Source: a virus. From it: a DNA stretch of 64,000 nt. The notes under the pieces were generated by a model that did no database searches, had not been told where the DNA came from, and worked only from the letters and a program-made list of their open reading frames with translations. Positions 31,401-42,056 of the stretch are shown piece after piece. The stretch covers positions 16,038-80,037 of IMG/VR virus record IMGVR_UViG_3300042257_000088; one strand, 5' to 3'. Each line of letters opens with the position of its first letter. The first letter of the stretch is position 1. The position numbers were made by a program, and so were the translations under genes.

Positions 31401-32512
31401 ACAAGGCAGGCGACGCCATAGTTATTAGTGGCGATACAACGCTGGATGGACAGGACGCCCAAATAAGAATGGGCAACGGTTCTTTTGATTGGAACATAAA
31501 GTACGTTGGATCTACAACCGGCACTGCTGGAAACGAGCTGCGTTTTGAGTCAACAAGCACTGGTATTTATTTACAATTAGATCATGATGGAAATTTAGAA
31601 TATTATGATGGTGCTTCCAGTTATGATCTATATACTACTAAAGATTTTAATATTTCTGATTATTCTTTAACTACACATAATCATACTGTATCTGAAATAA
31701 CAGATTTTGATCCGACAACAAAAAGTGATGTGGGTCATAATCATGCTATTAGTGATGTTACAAATTTACAAACAGAATTAGACGGAAAATCAGATGATAC
31801 ACATAACCATTCTTTAGATAGTTTGTCAAATACAACAATTACTTCTAATACTTCTGGTGAATTATTATTATGGAATGGTACTTCTTGGATAAATCAAACC
31901 TTAGCAGAAGCTGGAATTTCTGCTGATGATCATAACCATAGTGGAATTTATGAACCGGTATTTTCAAAAAATACAGCATTCAATAAAAATTTTGGTACTG
32001 TAGCTGACACTGTCTGTGAAGGAAATGATAGTAGATTATCAGATGCTAGAATACCAACTAGCCATGGTAATGAAGCACACGATCTTGATTTTATAACTGC
32101 TTCTGCTGTAACATATGAAAATCTTTCTGCCAATGGTGATATTGGTACTGGTTCTGCACAGGTAGCACAAGGTGATCATAATCATGATAGTGATTATCTT
32201 CAGTTAAGTGGTGGAACTTTAACTGGAAATTTATCTATAAATAAATCTCTAGCTGTTATTGATTCCGGTGCTTCGTCTACTAACGTTTTGAGCTTACAAA
32301 GCATGGGTACTGTTGAAGTTGTTATAGATCATAATAATAACGATACGGATAAGCTGTTTGCGATTAAGTCAAATGGACAAACAAACGATCCGATAGCTAA
32401 AGTAGACGAGACAGGAAACTTCACAGCAGCAGGCCACGTCTCTATTGACAACGGATCTGCTCGCATGGAGTACGACTCAACAAACGAATGCATTAAGTTT
32501 GTGTTTGCATGA
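28439..32512 (+). CDS. Long tail fibre protein
   Basis: Repeated HNHDSDYLQL.GGT.TG, H.H..S.V.GLQTALD.K and DSRLSDAR fibre motifs. Ends RMEYDSTNECIKFVFA. Confidence 0.85.
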   Translation: MGTKYLGNGPSLDNDILTKSYVDTQISTHNHDSDYLQLTGGTLTGTLTTRSILPDADSTYNIGSDINRFAHIYADDIHVGANSLYVNDKKVISDVSDTIVISTDTDQNMNIETSGVGHLTLTSETGSLLLASNNSIELNSKSGSIISVPSTLNSKNINIENESSGGNISISALGTMGNINLFATDDIWIDSDVDIDGSLDVLNDLTVNTVSVVLDDDSRLSDARTPLSHDHIISDVTGLQTALDNKSDDTHNHDSDYLQLTGGTITGDLIISNSNLNVDGIAKGGFPLVPNMIYNSYMSILTDSGVPVGFSVFNGDASYLSIEATSPLDKAFEGRYVSTEYYNANLSEFVSSVNDATGPDASYWFGHYNKGPRISRGGMYDGWHYVGDGHILKITNNPLVSWVGYDDGANHCAVTMTFDYNSLGAKWLFTCWVKMISGDSFGVGSDAGYRAKPNPPNSVSKEDIQAATDGWYRYSAIVSTSQITSLDNLAMSLGFIPESDGSIEAYLALPYLQNLTWEGTNLDSWTGSFSDHLYRNGFLIDPTNRTVKISNTVRSGTTANERLEVEGNAKITGDLIVNDYIQIGEDGVNANRELKMWAENGYEAKLVTFETPTHGMGLRYNSTDNILYIDRYPNTTTPTPLAEFYRDSDLVNFVSATLNHNGNAIATQTWVNSNYLGIAATAVDSDKLDNQDGTYYLNWNNFTNTPTTLAGYGITDAASDTELSNHASDTTAIHGITDTSDLALKSGNVNQFSDITSTGSEIEDAVSKKHNQNTDVGTSSSTFYIGSSGPKIKNNSGVIEVRNNADTDYANLVVENLTVKGTTTTIESETITINDNILVLNNNYSGSTPTENGGLEIERGTLTNSTIIWDESNDLWKAGLSGSEKTIVREDNEIALTGDVTGTATFDSNGNLSLTTTVADDSHNHIISNVDGLQTALDNKSDDTHNHDSDYLGITDKASDSEKLDNLDSTQFLRSDTDDTMTGVLTIDKAGDAIVISGDTTLDGQDAQIRMGNGSFDWNIKYVGSTTGTAGNELRFESTSTGIYLQLDHDGNLEYYDGASSYDLYTTKDFNISDYSLTTHNHTVSEITDFDPTTKSDVGHNHAISDVTNLQTELDGKSDDTHNHSLDSLSNTTITSNTSGELLLWNGTSWINQTLAEAGISADDHNHSGIYEPVFSKNTAFNKNFGTVADTVCEGNDSRLSDARIPTSHGNEAHDLDFITASAVTYENLSANGDIGTGSAQVAQGDHNHDSDYLQLSGGTLTGNLSINKSLAVIDSGASSTNVLSLQSMGTVEVVIDHNNNDTDKLFAIKSNGQTNDPIAKVDETGNFTAAGHVSIDNGSARMEYDSTNECIKFVFA

Positions 32513-32531
32513 TGATTGGTGGTGAATGATT

Positions 32532-35500
32532 ATGGCATTAGTAGGTTGGTGGCCGTTGAGTGCTCCTAAAAAAACATATATACATGGTATTGTTAAAGGT
32601 TATATAAAAAATCAAATAACATGGACAGAGAACTATTTTGCTGGTGGATCGAATCCTGGGGAGATCGGTATCGCTGGAAGTGATTTTCAAGATCTGGACG
32701 GGAGAACTCGGTTAATAGGCAGTATCAATAGTGGTCTTGCTTCGCCTGACGCTACTGGTAAACAATTATATGTTATGCATACATATGACACATTGAGTGT
32801 GCGCGGTCTGACAAGATACGGTAGCAGTGCGGATCATTTTGTTGCAGTAGAGTATGACAACAGTCAATGGTACTATTACAATAACGAAAGCAGAAGCACT
32901 TTTACTCCTATAGAAACGGATTTAATAGTCGCAAAATTTGTTTCTGGTATGTCTAATTTGGAAGATTATTTTATTGATGTCGAAGATCATTCGTTTTTTC
33001 ACAATGATGCTAGTAATAACGGCGCCACTCTAACTACAGGTGGACCGTTTGGGAGTTATTACAGTTTCGATAGTGCGGAAGACGATTATATAAATAGTAA
33101 TGTACAGTGTAATGAAATCTTTGTAGACGATCAAGATTTTTCTATTTCATGTTGGGCAAAAATAGATTCATACCCAACTTCTTCAGCAGAACAAGGTGCT
33201 GTGTTGTCCTGTAGTGAGTTTTATTCGCTAACAGAAGCGGGTGGATTTGCTATAGGGATTCAACAGAATAACATAGTTATGGTTTTGGGGGAAGAAGACA
33301 CAACATTACAACAACCAATGGATAATACAGATTTTCCGATTGGTGTGTGGATGTGTTTGGTTATGGTGTTTAATGGAACAGGTAGTTATTTTTATAAAGA
33401 CGGCGTATTGATGGGATCCTCAACGCGCTTAACTACATGGCAAACTAATTCTTATAACATATTTTTTGGACGAGGAACACAGGGTGGTTGGCGAAATACA
33501 ATAAACTGTGGACTCAGTAACGTCAAAATCTACAACCATGCGCTCTCACTCAACGAAATAAAAGACTTAGCTAACTGTAAAGTACTGCATTACACATGCA
33601 ACCAATTTCAGGAACCGACGACGAATTATATTAGTAATGGTAATGCTTCAAACGGATTGACCGATTGGTCATATTCCGGTTCTAATATTGATGTTGTTGA
33701 TGTTGACTGGTCTTCATCTGGAAAAGCATTTTTAATAGAATCTGCAGACGATAACACAGCAGTTATAAACCAGGGATTTACTGTTAATGAAGGTGAAACA
33801 TATACAGTATCTTGTAAATTCAAAATTACAGAGATAATTTACGATAGATTTACTATATTTATTAAATATTATTCTAATGGTAGCTGGGTTCAGAACAATG
33901 GAATTTATAATTCAACAGAAATAACAGATGTTATTAGTATAACTTCTACTTTTACAATACCAACGGGTATAGATCAAGTAAAATTTAACCCTGAATTTTA
34001 TGTTACAGACCAAGGATCTGCATTGGTTTCTGATATTCAAATTGAAAAGAAAGACCACGCCACACCATTTGTAGATGGTTCTCGTACCGCTAAAGTATAC
34101 GACTGTAGTGGACTTGATAATCACGCAGACTTGGCAGAATCTACTACACCCAAGTGGGTAGAAGGTGGACCTGTAGGTAGTGGGTATTATGTGTTTGATG
34201 GCGATCGTTATTTTTCCAGGACAAAAATATTTAATGATAATATTAATCAATCATGGACAGTGTGTGGCTGGGTCTATGTACCAGATAACTCTATTGGTTC
34301 TATGTATTTAATATCTGGGTTTAATTCTGGATGTCGAATAACACACGCATCGACATGTAAAGCTTTATTATATATAAATTCTAGTGACAATGATTCATAT
34401 ACATATTCTGATATAACAATACCAGAAAATGAATGGTTTCATATAGCATATGTTTTAAATACAAATACACAACGATGTCAAATATATATCAATGGCATAT
34501 TACATGGTACGTCTACTAATTATAGTGAAACAGATATACCGTCCGGTTTCGGAAGCACCATGTCTATTGGTACAAATTTAGAAGGTTACATTTCTGATAT
34601 ACGTGTATATGCTAAAGATCTCTCCTCTAACGATATTTTAGACTTGTACCAATCCGGTGCCTGTATTGATAAGAATAAGAACTTAAGTTGTAATGAGATA
34701 ATAGAAAATCATAATCTTATTGGTGATGCTAGTTTTAACGAAGCTACCGCTGGTGATTATAATGCCGGTAACGATTTTAGTGAATGGCATGTTGATGTTG
34801 GTACTGCACATATAACCACAGACTCTACTGTACCAAGTCCGAATGGTACTAGAGTTGTAAATTTTGATGGTGATGGTACATATCATCGAATCCGGTCTAA
34901 AACATCTTTTAATTTAGTCCCTGGAGAGAAAATATATGGACAATGTTTATATAAACCAGAAACCGGAGCCAAACCTTATTTTGGTATAGTGTTTAATTCT
35001 GGTTATACATATTTTACAGTAAATAGAGCTGATTTAATATTATTAGATGGTTGGAAGTTGTGGCGGGGCGAAATAAATGTACCGACGGGCGTATCTTCGG
35101 GTCAAGTGTGGTGTTTTAATTATGAGGACAACACGGGTGCTTTATCTTTTAAAGATTTTAAAATATCTAGAACGCAAATAAATGATGCTAGATTTGAGAT
35201 AGGTGGAAGAAATTCAGATAACTTTACATTAACAGACAATATTAAAAAATCTTCTATTTTAAAAATAAAAGAACTTAACAACACCGGGCCCACTTCCGGT
35301 CTAGTCGGTTGGTGGCCATTGAACGGTGATACTAAAGACAAAACAATGAACCGTAACGACGGAACAAATAATGGAGCCACAATTGTACAAGGTCTAGGTG
35401 GAAAGCAAGCTTATGAGTTTGATGGTATTAGTCAATATATAGATAGTAATTATGATTTAAGTTGGAATAACACTAATAGTGTTTCTATAAGTTTTTGGAT

Positions 35501-35993
35501 TAAACCAGCAACTATTGATATATATGATAAAGGTATAATAGGAAAAATTTCAACGGGGTATGAATGGTCTATTTATCAATATTATGAGGATATAAAACTT
35601 GTTTATTGGAATAATTCCGGTGGACACACCAATGGAATGGATTGTAGTGCTGCAAATATATTGAATGTTGGACAATGGACACATGTTATTTATACATGGA
35701 ATAAAACTACAAGTAAATTTTATATAAATGGAGATTTAAAAACAACGCATATCGCAACAGATTCATCTATTAATCAAAATAGAACAAACAATGTAATGTT
35801 TGGTGGACATACATATACATGGGGGGATAATTATTTTACAGGTAGTTTATTAGATATTAGATTTTATAATCGTGTTTTATCACAACAGGAAATCTCTTGG
35901 CTCTTTGACATGTACAACCCCAACAAAAACATAGGAATGGAAATATACAATAACAATATAATCTATGCTGGTTCTTTCAAGGAAGGATATTAG
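32532..35993 (+). CDS. LamG/concanavalin A-like multi-domain receptor-binding protein 1
   Basis: Three LamG repeats (LVGWWPL, FSISCW, W.H...., YING, I.D.R.Y...LS) separated by CBM-like domains. Ends FKEGY. Confidence 0.85.
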   Translation: MALVGWWPLSAPKKTYIHGIVKGYIKNQITWTENYFAGGSNPGEIGIAGSDFQDLDGRTRLIGSINSGLASPDATGKQLYVMHTYDTLSVRGLTRYGSSADHFVAVEYDNSQWYYYNNESRSTFTPIETDLIVAKFVSGMSNLEDYFIDVEDHSFFHNDASNNGATLTTGGPFGSYYSFDSAEDDYINSNVQCNEIFVDDQDFSISCWAKIDSYPTSSAEQGAVLSCSEFYSLTEAGGFAIGIQQNNIVMVLGEEDTTLQQPMDNTDFPIGVWMCLVMVFNGTGSYFYKDGVLMGSSTRLTTWQTNSYNIFFGRGTQGGWRNTINCGLSNVKIYNHALSLNEIKDLANCKVLHYTCNQFQEPTTNYISNGNASNGLTDWSYSGSNIDVVDVDWSSSGKAFLIESADDNTAVINQGFTVNEGETYTVSCKFKITEIIYDRFTIFIKYYSNGSWVQNNGIYNSTEITDVISITSTFTIPTGIDQVKFNPEFYVTDQGSALVSDIQIEKKDHATPFVDGSRTAKVYDCSGLDNHADLAESTTPKWVEGGPVGSGYYVFDGDRYFSRTKIFNDNINQSWTVCGWVYVPDNSIGSMYLISGFNSGCRITHASTCKALLYINSSDNDSYTYSDITIPENEWFHIAYVLNTNTQRCQIYINGILHGTSTNYSETDIPSGFGSTMSIGTNLEGYISDIRVYAKDLSSNDILDLYQSGACIDKNKNLSCNEIIENHNLIGDASFNEATAGDYNAGNDFSEWHVDVGTAHITTDSTVPSPNGTRVVNFDGDGTYHRIRSKTSFNLVPGEKIYGQCLYKPETGAKPYFGIVFNSGYTYFTVNRADLILLDGWKLWRGEINVPTGVSSGQVWCFNYEDNTGALSFKDFKISRTQINDARFEIGGRNSDNFTLTDNIKKSSILKIKELNNTGPTSGLVGWWPLNGDTKDKTMNRNDGTNNGATIVQGLGGKQAYEFDGISQYIDSNYDLSWNNTNSVSISFWIKPATIDIYDKGIIGKISTGYEWSIYQYYEDIKLVYWNNSGGHTNGMDCSAANILNVGQWTHVIYTWNKTTSKFYINGDLKTTHIATDSSINQNRTNNVMFGGHTYTWGDNYFTGSLLDIRFYNRVLSQQEISWLFDMYNPNKNIGMEIYNNNIIYAGSFKEGY

Positions 35994-35995
35994 TC

Positions 35996-36058
35996 ATGGA
36001 ATACAACACACAGGATTTCTTTTGGGAACCGTTTGATAATACAAACAAAAATAAATAA
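35996..36058 (+). CDS. Putative 20-aa micro-ORF MEYNTQDFFWEPFDNTNKNK, copy 2
   Basis: ATG lies 8 nt after GGAAGGA and 2 nt after the upstream stop. Paralogue of 21644..21709. Confidence 0.5.
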   Translation: MEYNTQDFFWEPFDNTNKNK

Positions 36059-36094
36059 TAATACCCATAATAAGATGGGAAGTGATTTAATAAA

Positions 36095-38104
36095 ATGGCA
36101 CAATTAGATAGTACAATCGTTTATGGTTATTTACATATATCTGACGAATTATTAATTAAAGGAATGTTAACAGCAGATGGTGGAATTACTGGTAATTTAA
36201 CTGGTAATGCAGATACTGCTACTGCTTTAGAAACTAGTAGAACTATTTCACTTGGTGGTGATTTATCTGGTTCTGCTTCTTTTGATGGTTCTACTAATAT
36301 TACAATCACAGCTACTGTAGCAGATGATAGTCATAATCATACAATTGCAAATGTAGATAATTTACAAACTACTTTGGATAACAAAGTAGACGATACTATT
36401 ACTTTAACTGCTGGCACTGGATTAACTGGTGGTGGTGATTTAACTACTGATAGAACATTTAATGTTGATGTCGGAATAGGTAGTAATCAAATAGTTAAAA
36501 TTGATTCTACGACCGTAGCTGATAACGATTATGCAAAATTTACAGCCAGTGGCTTAGAAGGGCGGAGCTATGCTGAAGTAAGAGCAGATCTTAATATTGA
36601 AGATGGTGCTACTAATTATTCCGATTCTGACGTAGAAGCCTATTTATCTGGTGGTTCTGGTATTACTTATGCTTCAGGTGTTATTTCATTAACTGGCGAT
36701 TCATTCGATTCGAGTGGAACTTATGCTAGTTTAAGAGCACAAGCCACAACAAAAGATGACGTTGGATTAGGCAATGTTCCAAATACAGATATTGCTTATT
36801 CGACACCTATAGCAGCTGATGATTTTACACAAACAGAAGTTGATAATCTTAGAGCAGGAAAACTAGATGATGGTACTACACCTTGGACTAGTAATAACAA
36901 TTATACTGATTCTGATGCTGTGTCGGCAGTTGCAACAGCAGATGATTATATTAAAAATACTGGAGATACTATAACAGGAAATTTAATATTTGATACATCT
37001 GCTAATTTAGAATCAAGTGGAAATGCTGATTTTTCTATCTATTCAGATGGTGATATTACTTTTGATATTGATACAAATACAGGATCAGCTAATGCATTTA
37101 ATTGGACACACCACAACAAAACAGAAACTTTAATGTCCTTAGATGAATCTGGTAATTTAACTTTAATTGGTAATGTTGATGGTGTCGATATAGCTTCATT
37201 TAAATCTGATTATGATTTACATGATCATAGTGGGACTTATGAACCAGTATTTTCAAAGAATACTGCATTTAATAAAAACTTTGGAAGCACAACAGATACA
37301 GTCTGTGAAGGAAATGATTCCAGACTTTCAGATAGTAGAACACCAACTTCACATGATTTAGCTGGATCTTTACATAATAGTGCTACATTATCAGAATTGA
37401 ATGCTAAAATATCAGATGCTACATTAATTGATACAACTGATAGTAGATTATCTGATAGCCGTGATCCTAATGCACATAATCACATAGTGTCTGAAATAAC
37501 AGATTTTGATCCATCAACAAAAAGTGATACTGGACATGGACATGTTATTGGTGATATTACAAATTTACAAACAGAATTAGATGAAAAATCAGATGATACA
37601 CATACACATGTATTAAATGATTTATCCAATGTAAATACAACACCTTCTGATGGAGAAGGTTTAATCTGGAATGCTGCTGCAGGAGAGTGGCAGACAGGAT
37701 TAGTTGGTGTAACTGTTAATTATTTAAATGATATTGGAGATGTTAATGCTTCATCCCCAACTGATGGATATGCTCTTGTCTGGAATGCTACTGCTGGAGA
37801 ATGGCAAGCAGGAGAAGCGGGCACAACAATTAATTCAATTAATGATATTTCTGATGTAGCAATTTCTTCTGTTGCTGATGGTGAATTATTACTTTATGAT
37901 TCATCTATTTCTAGTTGGATAAATCAAACGTTAACAGAAGCTGGGATTGCTTCAGTTACACATAATCATGATGACAGATATTATACTAAAACTGAACTTA
38001 CTAACTACTCTGTTAATCCTAATTTTAATAACTCTATTGGTTTGGGATCTGTTAAGATGGAGTACAATTCTGCTACAGAATCTATAGACTTTGTGTTTGT
38101 ATGA
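36095..38104 (+). CDS. Tail fibre protein
   Basis: Contains GNADTATALET.RTI.L.GD.SGSASFDGS, YEPVFSKNTAFNKNFG and L.D..DV...P.DG..L.WN repeats. Ends KMEYNSATESIDFVFV. Confidence 0.85.
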   Translation: MAQLDSTIVYGYLHISDELLIKGMLTADGGITGNLTGNADTATALETSRTISLGGDLSGSASFDGSTNITITATVADDSHNHTIANVDNLQTTLDNKVDDTITLTAGTGLTGGGDLTTDRTFNVDVGIGSNQIVKIDSTTVADNDYAKFTASGLEGRSYAEVRADLNIEDGATNYSDSDVEAYLSGGSGITYASGVISLTGDSFDSSGTYASLRAQATTKDDVGLGNVPNTDIAYSTPIAADDFTQTEVDNLRAGKLDDGTTPWTSNNNYTDSDAVSAVATADDYIKNTGDTITGNLIFDTSANLESSGNADFSIYSDGDITFDIDTNTGSANAFNWTHHNKTETLMSLDESGNLTLIGNVDGVDIASFKSDYDLHDHSGTYEPVFSKNTAFNKNFGSTTDTVCEGNDSRLSDSRTPTSHDLAGSLHNSATLSELNAKISDATLIDTTDSRLSDSRDPNAHNHIVSEITDFDPSTKSDTGHGHVIGDITNLQTELDEKSDDTHTHVLNDLSNVNTTPSDGEGLIWNAAAGEWQTGLVGVTVNYLNDIGDVNASSPTDGYALVWNATAGEWQAGEAGTTINSINDISDVAISSVADGELLLYDSSISSWINQTLTEAGIASVTHNHDDRYYTKTELTNYSVNPNFNNSIGLGSVKMEYNSATESIDFVFV

Positions 38105-38124
38105 TGATAGGGAAGTGAACTATT

Positions 38125-41100
38125 ATGGCATTAGTTGGTAGATATCTTTTTAATGGTTTAAATAAAATTCAATATATACGTGATTCTATAAATGGAAGTA
38201 CTTCAAACACTAGTAACCATTGGGTTGAAATACAAGCATATGATGCAAATAATACAAATATAGCATTAAATAAATCTGGTGTAACTTCTTCAGCTGGTTG
38301 GAGTTCTTTGTTAACTGATGGTACAACAACAACCACACCATATTATGATGCTGGTTCTGGTAATAGATTTGTTATAGTTAATCTTGGTGGAATTTATGAT
38401 ATTTCTTATGTTAAAATATACCATTATTATGGTGATGGGAGAACATATCATAATAATAAGACAGAAGTATCTCCTGATGGACACACATGGTATACTATAT
38501 TTGATTCCAATATAGATGGAGAATATGCTGAAACTTCTGCTGGTCATACCATACCAGTACCAAATTGTATATTTCACAGTGGTGACAATTGTATACATGT
38601 ATTACCAAGTAAAGTAAAACCAATATATTCTATTGCTTTTTGGTTTAAGTTAAAAACTGGATATACTGGATCATATAGAAAATTTTTGCAACAAAGTTCA
38701 GATAGAAGCCCAGGTTTTTGGGCTAGACCAAATGACAATAGATTACATTTAAGACAAGTATTATCAATAACATCAAATGCTGGTGCAGATACAACAACTG
38801 AATTAAATATAGCTGAATGGTATCATATAGTATATATGTGCTACTCTGATGATGTTGGTACTGGAACAAAGATTCAAACTTATGTAAATGGTGTTCTAGA
38901 TACTGATGCACATTATCCAAATGAAAAACCTGTAATTACAGGTGATAATATAGAATTATTACCAATGGATTATGATATGTATGATTTGAGAATATATGAT
39001 CACCCACTTTCAATGAAAGAAATAAAAGAATTGTCTAAAAGTAAAACACTACATTATACATTTAATCAGTTTCAGGAACCTACTGTTAATCTAATATCTA
39101 ATCATTTAATAAATACAACAGATATTAAAAATGGATATAATGGTTGGTTAACTATAGGAACTGGTAATGATACAAGAAAATTTATACATAATTCTAATGT
39201 ACCAGTAAATCCAAATAATATATACACATTTTCATGTATTTATTATAGTAGTGGTAATATAGGAGATGGTGATGTATATCTACGTTTTGATGGAACCGGT
39301 TATTCTGAAGGAAATGTTTATTTACAACCTTTAATAAATACACCGCATCATATATCATATAATACTATTAATTTGGGAGGTGGTTTTTATTACAGGGAAG
39401 GCACCTTTACTACAACCAGTGATACAAATAATATAACACAAATTTTTTATGATAGTGATGTCTCTGGTATAGAAATATTTATTGCTAATTTACAACTAGA
39501 AGCAAAAGACCATGCTACTCCATTTGTAGATGGTGTAAGAAAAGGAAATGTAGGAGATTGTGCTGGAATAAATAATACAGATTTAGGTAAGCTTTCTGAT
39601 AAAAATATACTTGATCCATCTACTTGGGTTGTTGGTACATATGGATCACAAACTGGGTTTAGTCAAAATGGTGATGGAAATTCCATAATTGTAGATAATG
39701 GACCACACTTTAAGTTAATTCCTATCTGGAGAGGATTAGGTAATGATACAGCTAGTGATGCTGACGGTGGTTGGAATACAAGTTCATTCAGTATAGACAA
39801 CACATCAACTTATAGATTTTCAGTGTGGATAAACAGAGTTACAAAAGGAAATGGACATGTTTATTTTGGTTGTCATGGATACGGTTCTACTAATGGTGTA
39901 ATTCGTTTATCAGATTCAACAAACAATACCAATCCATATTTTAATGTACAAGATGTTGGTGAATATGATGCAGACTTAAATTATAACACGTGGTACTTGT
40001 TTGTTGGTCATGTTTTACCAAGTAATCATACAGGAACAACAAACCATGTATTATCAGGTATATATGATATTCATGGAAATAAAGTAGTTGCTGCTGAAAA
40101 TGATTATAAGTGGAGAGCTGAAACTACTACAGCAGATCATAGAACATATTTGTTTTACTCAACAGATCCATCAACAGAAGTTAGGTGGGCTTATCCTAGA
40201 GTAGACAAGTGTGATGGTACTCACCCATCTGTACAGGAGCTTATAGCTGGTCTAGATATACGAAAATCTCCCAAGTGGGTAGAGGGTGGACCTATAGGAA
40301 ATGGGTACTATGAGTTTGATGGAATAAATGATTATATAGAAAGTTCTTTAAGTTTAAATAGTAATAAATCTATATCTTGTTGGGTGAAATGGAATGATTA
40401 TGGTTCAGCTTCTACACAATTCATAGTATCATTAGGTACAGAAATTTTTGAATTATATTTTCATAGTTTATCTACAAATAGTGCAACAGTTTTAATAGGA
40501 AATGGTTCTTCTTATCATTTTAAAAATTATGCTAATGTTGCTGAAAATGAATGGATACATCTAGTAGCCGTTGATAATGGAAATACAATAGAATTATATA
40601 AAAATGGTATTAAATTAACACCAGCAAATACTACAAATACATATATTAGAAGTAATAGCAACATAATTAACATTGGTAGAAGACCATCTAATCAATATTA
40701 TTTCAATGGTTCCATCTCAGATGTAAGAATATACTCAACAGCTTTATCTGCTGATGATATAAGAGAGATATACCAGTCAAAAGCTAGTATAGATAAGAAT
40801 GGAAATTTTTATGTTAATATGTTTAATTCACCTGCAACTCATGTATTAATAAAAAATGAACAGTCTAAAAATGTATACGATTCTAATGGTAGTATGGGTA
40901 CATGGACATTAGATGATACAGATGTGTCTAATTTTGTTGAAGAAGATAATACTTTAGGAAATACATTAATAGATATGTGGGTGTACTGTTCTTCTGTAGA
41001 TTATTATTTAACTGGTTTTGAATACACTAAGGAAAACAATACAAAAGGATTTGCATTTACTGTTCCACCTGAAGATATAGTTAACAGGAGTGGTTGGGGT

Positions 41101-42051
41101 GTCGGTTGGCATCATATAATCACATCTCCTAGTGGATATGTAGATGCAGCAAATACACCTTGGAGTGATATGACACGGTTTGAGACATACAGAAGTGGTC
41201 CTACAACTGGTTCAGATACAAGTCAATATATAAAAATTAAAGATTTAAAATTTGTTAAATATTTAGATAATTCTCAACCAACACGTTTATCATTTACTAA
41301 AAATCAAAATGTTTATTCTTATAGTTATTCAGAAGTTGGTCCAACAAATGGATTGGTTTTATACATGCCACTGAATGGAGATACAAAGGATTATTCAGGA
41401 AATAAAAATGACGGAACAAACAATGGAGCTACAGTTGTTCAAGGGTTGGGAAACAAACTGGCTTATAGTTTTGATACAAGTAATTCTTATACAACGTATG
41501 AATATATTATGACTAATAACACAACTATAATGTCATTAACTAAATTTACATATTCTGTTTGGTGTAAAACAACAGACGATAGTGCTTTTTTGATAATAGG
41601 AACACGATATGGTAATAATACATATCAATCAATGGCAATTATAAATTCAAAACTTTGTTTACATAAATACATTTATAATAATAATAGTGATGGTAATTTC
41701 GCAGTATCATCTACGTCAATTGATGATGGAAATTGGCATTTATTAACTATAACATATAATGAAGGTTTAACTAAAACATATGTTGATGCTATACATGAAG
41801 CAACAGAAACACACGTGAATACATCCTATTCAAATGTTAATTTTCAAATAAATTACGATTCTAGTTTATCAGATACAGTTAAAAATAGGAATTTTGGTGG
41901 TTTATTACAAGACGTTCGTATCTACAACCGTGCTTTATCCCAACAGGAAATATCCTGGCTTTTTGACATGTACAACCCAAACAAAAACATTGGTGCAAAA
42001 ATATTTAATAATAATATTATTTATACTCACTCCTTTAAGGAGGGATATTAA
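38125..42051 (+). CDS. LamG/concanavalin A-like multi-domain receptor-binding protein 2
   Basis: Paralogue of 32532..35993 (LHYT.NQFQEPT.N, KDHATPFVDG.R, PKWVEGGP.G.GYY.FDG, LSQQEISWLFDMYNPNKNIG...FKEGY) with an N-terminal discoidin-like domain. Confidence 0.85.
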   Translation: MALVGRYLFNGLNKIQYIRDSINGSTSNTSNHWVEIQAYDANNTNIALNKSGVTSSAGWSSLLTDGTTTTTPYYDAGSGNRFVIVNLGGIYDISYVKIYHYYGDGRTYHNNKTEVSPDGHTWYTIFDSNIDGEYAETSAGHTIPVPNCIFHSGDNCIHVLPSKVKPIYSIAFWFKLKTGYTGSYRKFLQQSSDRSPGFWARPNDNRLHLRQVLSITSNAGADTTTELNIAEWYHIVYMCYSDDVGTGTKIQTYVNGVLDTDAHYPNEKPVITGDNIELLPMDYDMYDLRIYDHPLSMKEIKELSKSKTLHYTFNQFQEPTVNLISNHLINTTDIKNGYNGWLTIGTGNDTRKFIHNSNVPVNPNNIYTFSCIYYSSGNIGDGDVYLRFDGTGYSEGNVYLQPLINTPHHISYNTINLGGGFYYREGTFTTTSDTNNITQIFYDSDVSGIEIFIANLQLEAKDHATPFVDGVRKGNVGDCAGINNTDLGKLSDKNILDPSTWVVGTYGSQTGFSQNGDGNSIIVDNGPHFKLIPIWRGLGNDTASDADGGWNTSSFSIDNTSTYRFSVWINRVTKGNGHVYFGCHGYGSTNGVIRLSDSTNNTNPYFNVQDVGEYDADLNYNTWYLFVGHVLPSNHTGTTNHVLSGIYDIHGNKVVAAENDYKWRAETTTADHRTYLFYSTDPSTEVRWAYPRVDKCDGTHPSVQELIAGLDIRKSPKWVEGGPIGNGYYEFDGINDYIESSLSLNSNKSISCWVKWNDYGSASTQFIVSLGTEIFELYFHSLSTNSATVLIGNGSSYHFKNYANVAENEWIHLVAVDNGNTIELYKNGIKLTPANTTNTYIRSNSNIINIGRRPSNQYYFNGSISDVRIYSTALSADDIREIYQSKASIDKNGNFYVNMFNSPATHVLIKNEQSKNVYDSNGSMGTWTLDDTDVSNFVEEDNTLGNTLIDMWVYCSSVDYYLTGFEYTKENNTKGFAFTVPPEDIVNRSGWGVGWHHIITSPSGYVDAANTPWSDMTRFETYRSGPTTGSDTSQYIKIKDLKFVKYLDNSQPTRLSFTKNQNVYSYSYSEVGPTNGLVLYMPLNGDTKDYSGNKNDGTNNGATVVQGLGNKLAYSFDTSNSYTTYEYIMTNNTTIMSLTKFTYSVWCKTTDDSAFLIIGTRYGNNTYQSMAIINSKLCLHKYIYNNNSDGNFAVSSTSIDDGNWHLLTITYNEGLTKTYVDAIHEATETHVNTSYSNVNFQINYDSSLSDTVKNRNFGGLLQDVRIYNRALSQQEISWLFDMYNPNKNIGAKIFNNNIIYTHSFKEGY

Positions 42052-42056
42052 TAACA

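Noticed and set aside
23443..42051. Diversity-generating retroelement, suggested by the Mtd-N-like domain, near-duplicate LamG gene 3' ends and an AAC-rich tract at 54731
   Set aside because: No reverse transcriptase in the window. Differences between the LamG 3' ends are mostly third-position and not adenine-specific. The AAC tract has 10-bp periodicity and no matching variable repeat.
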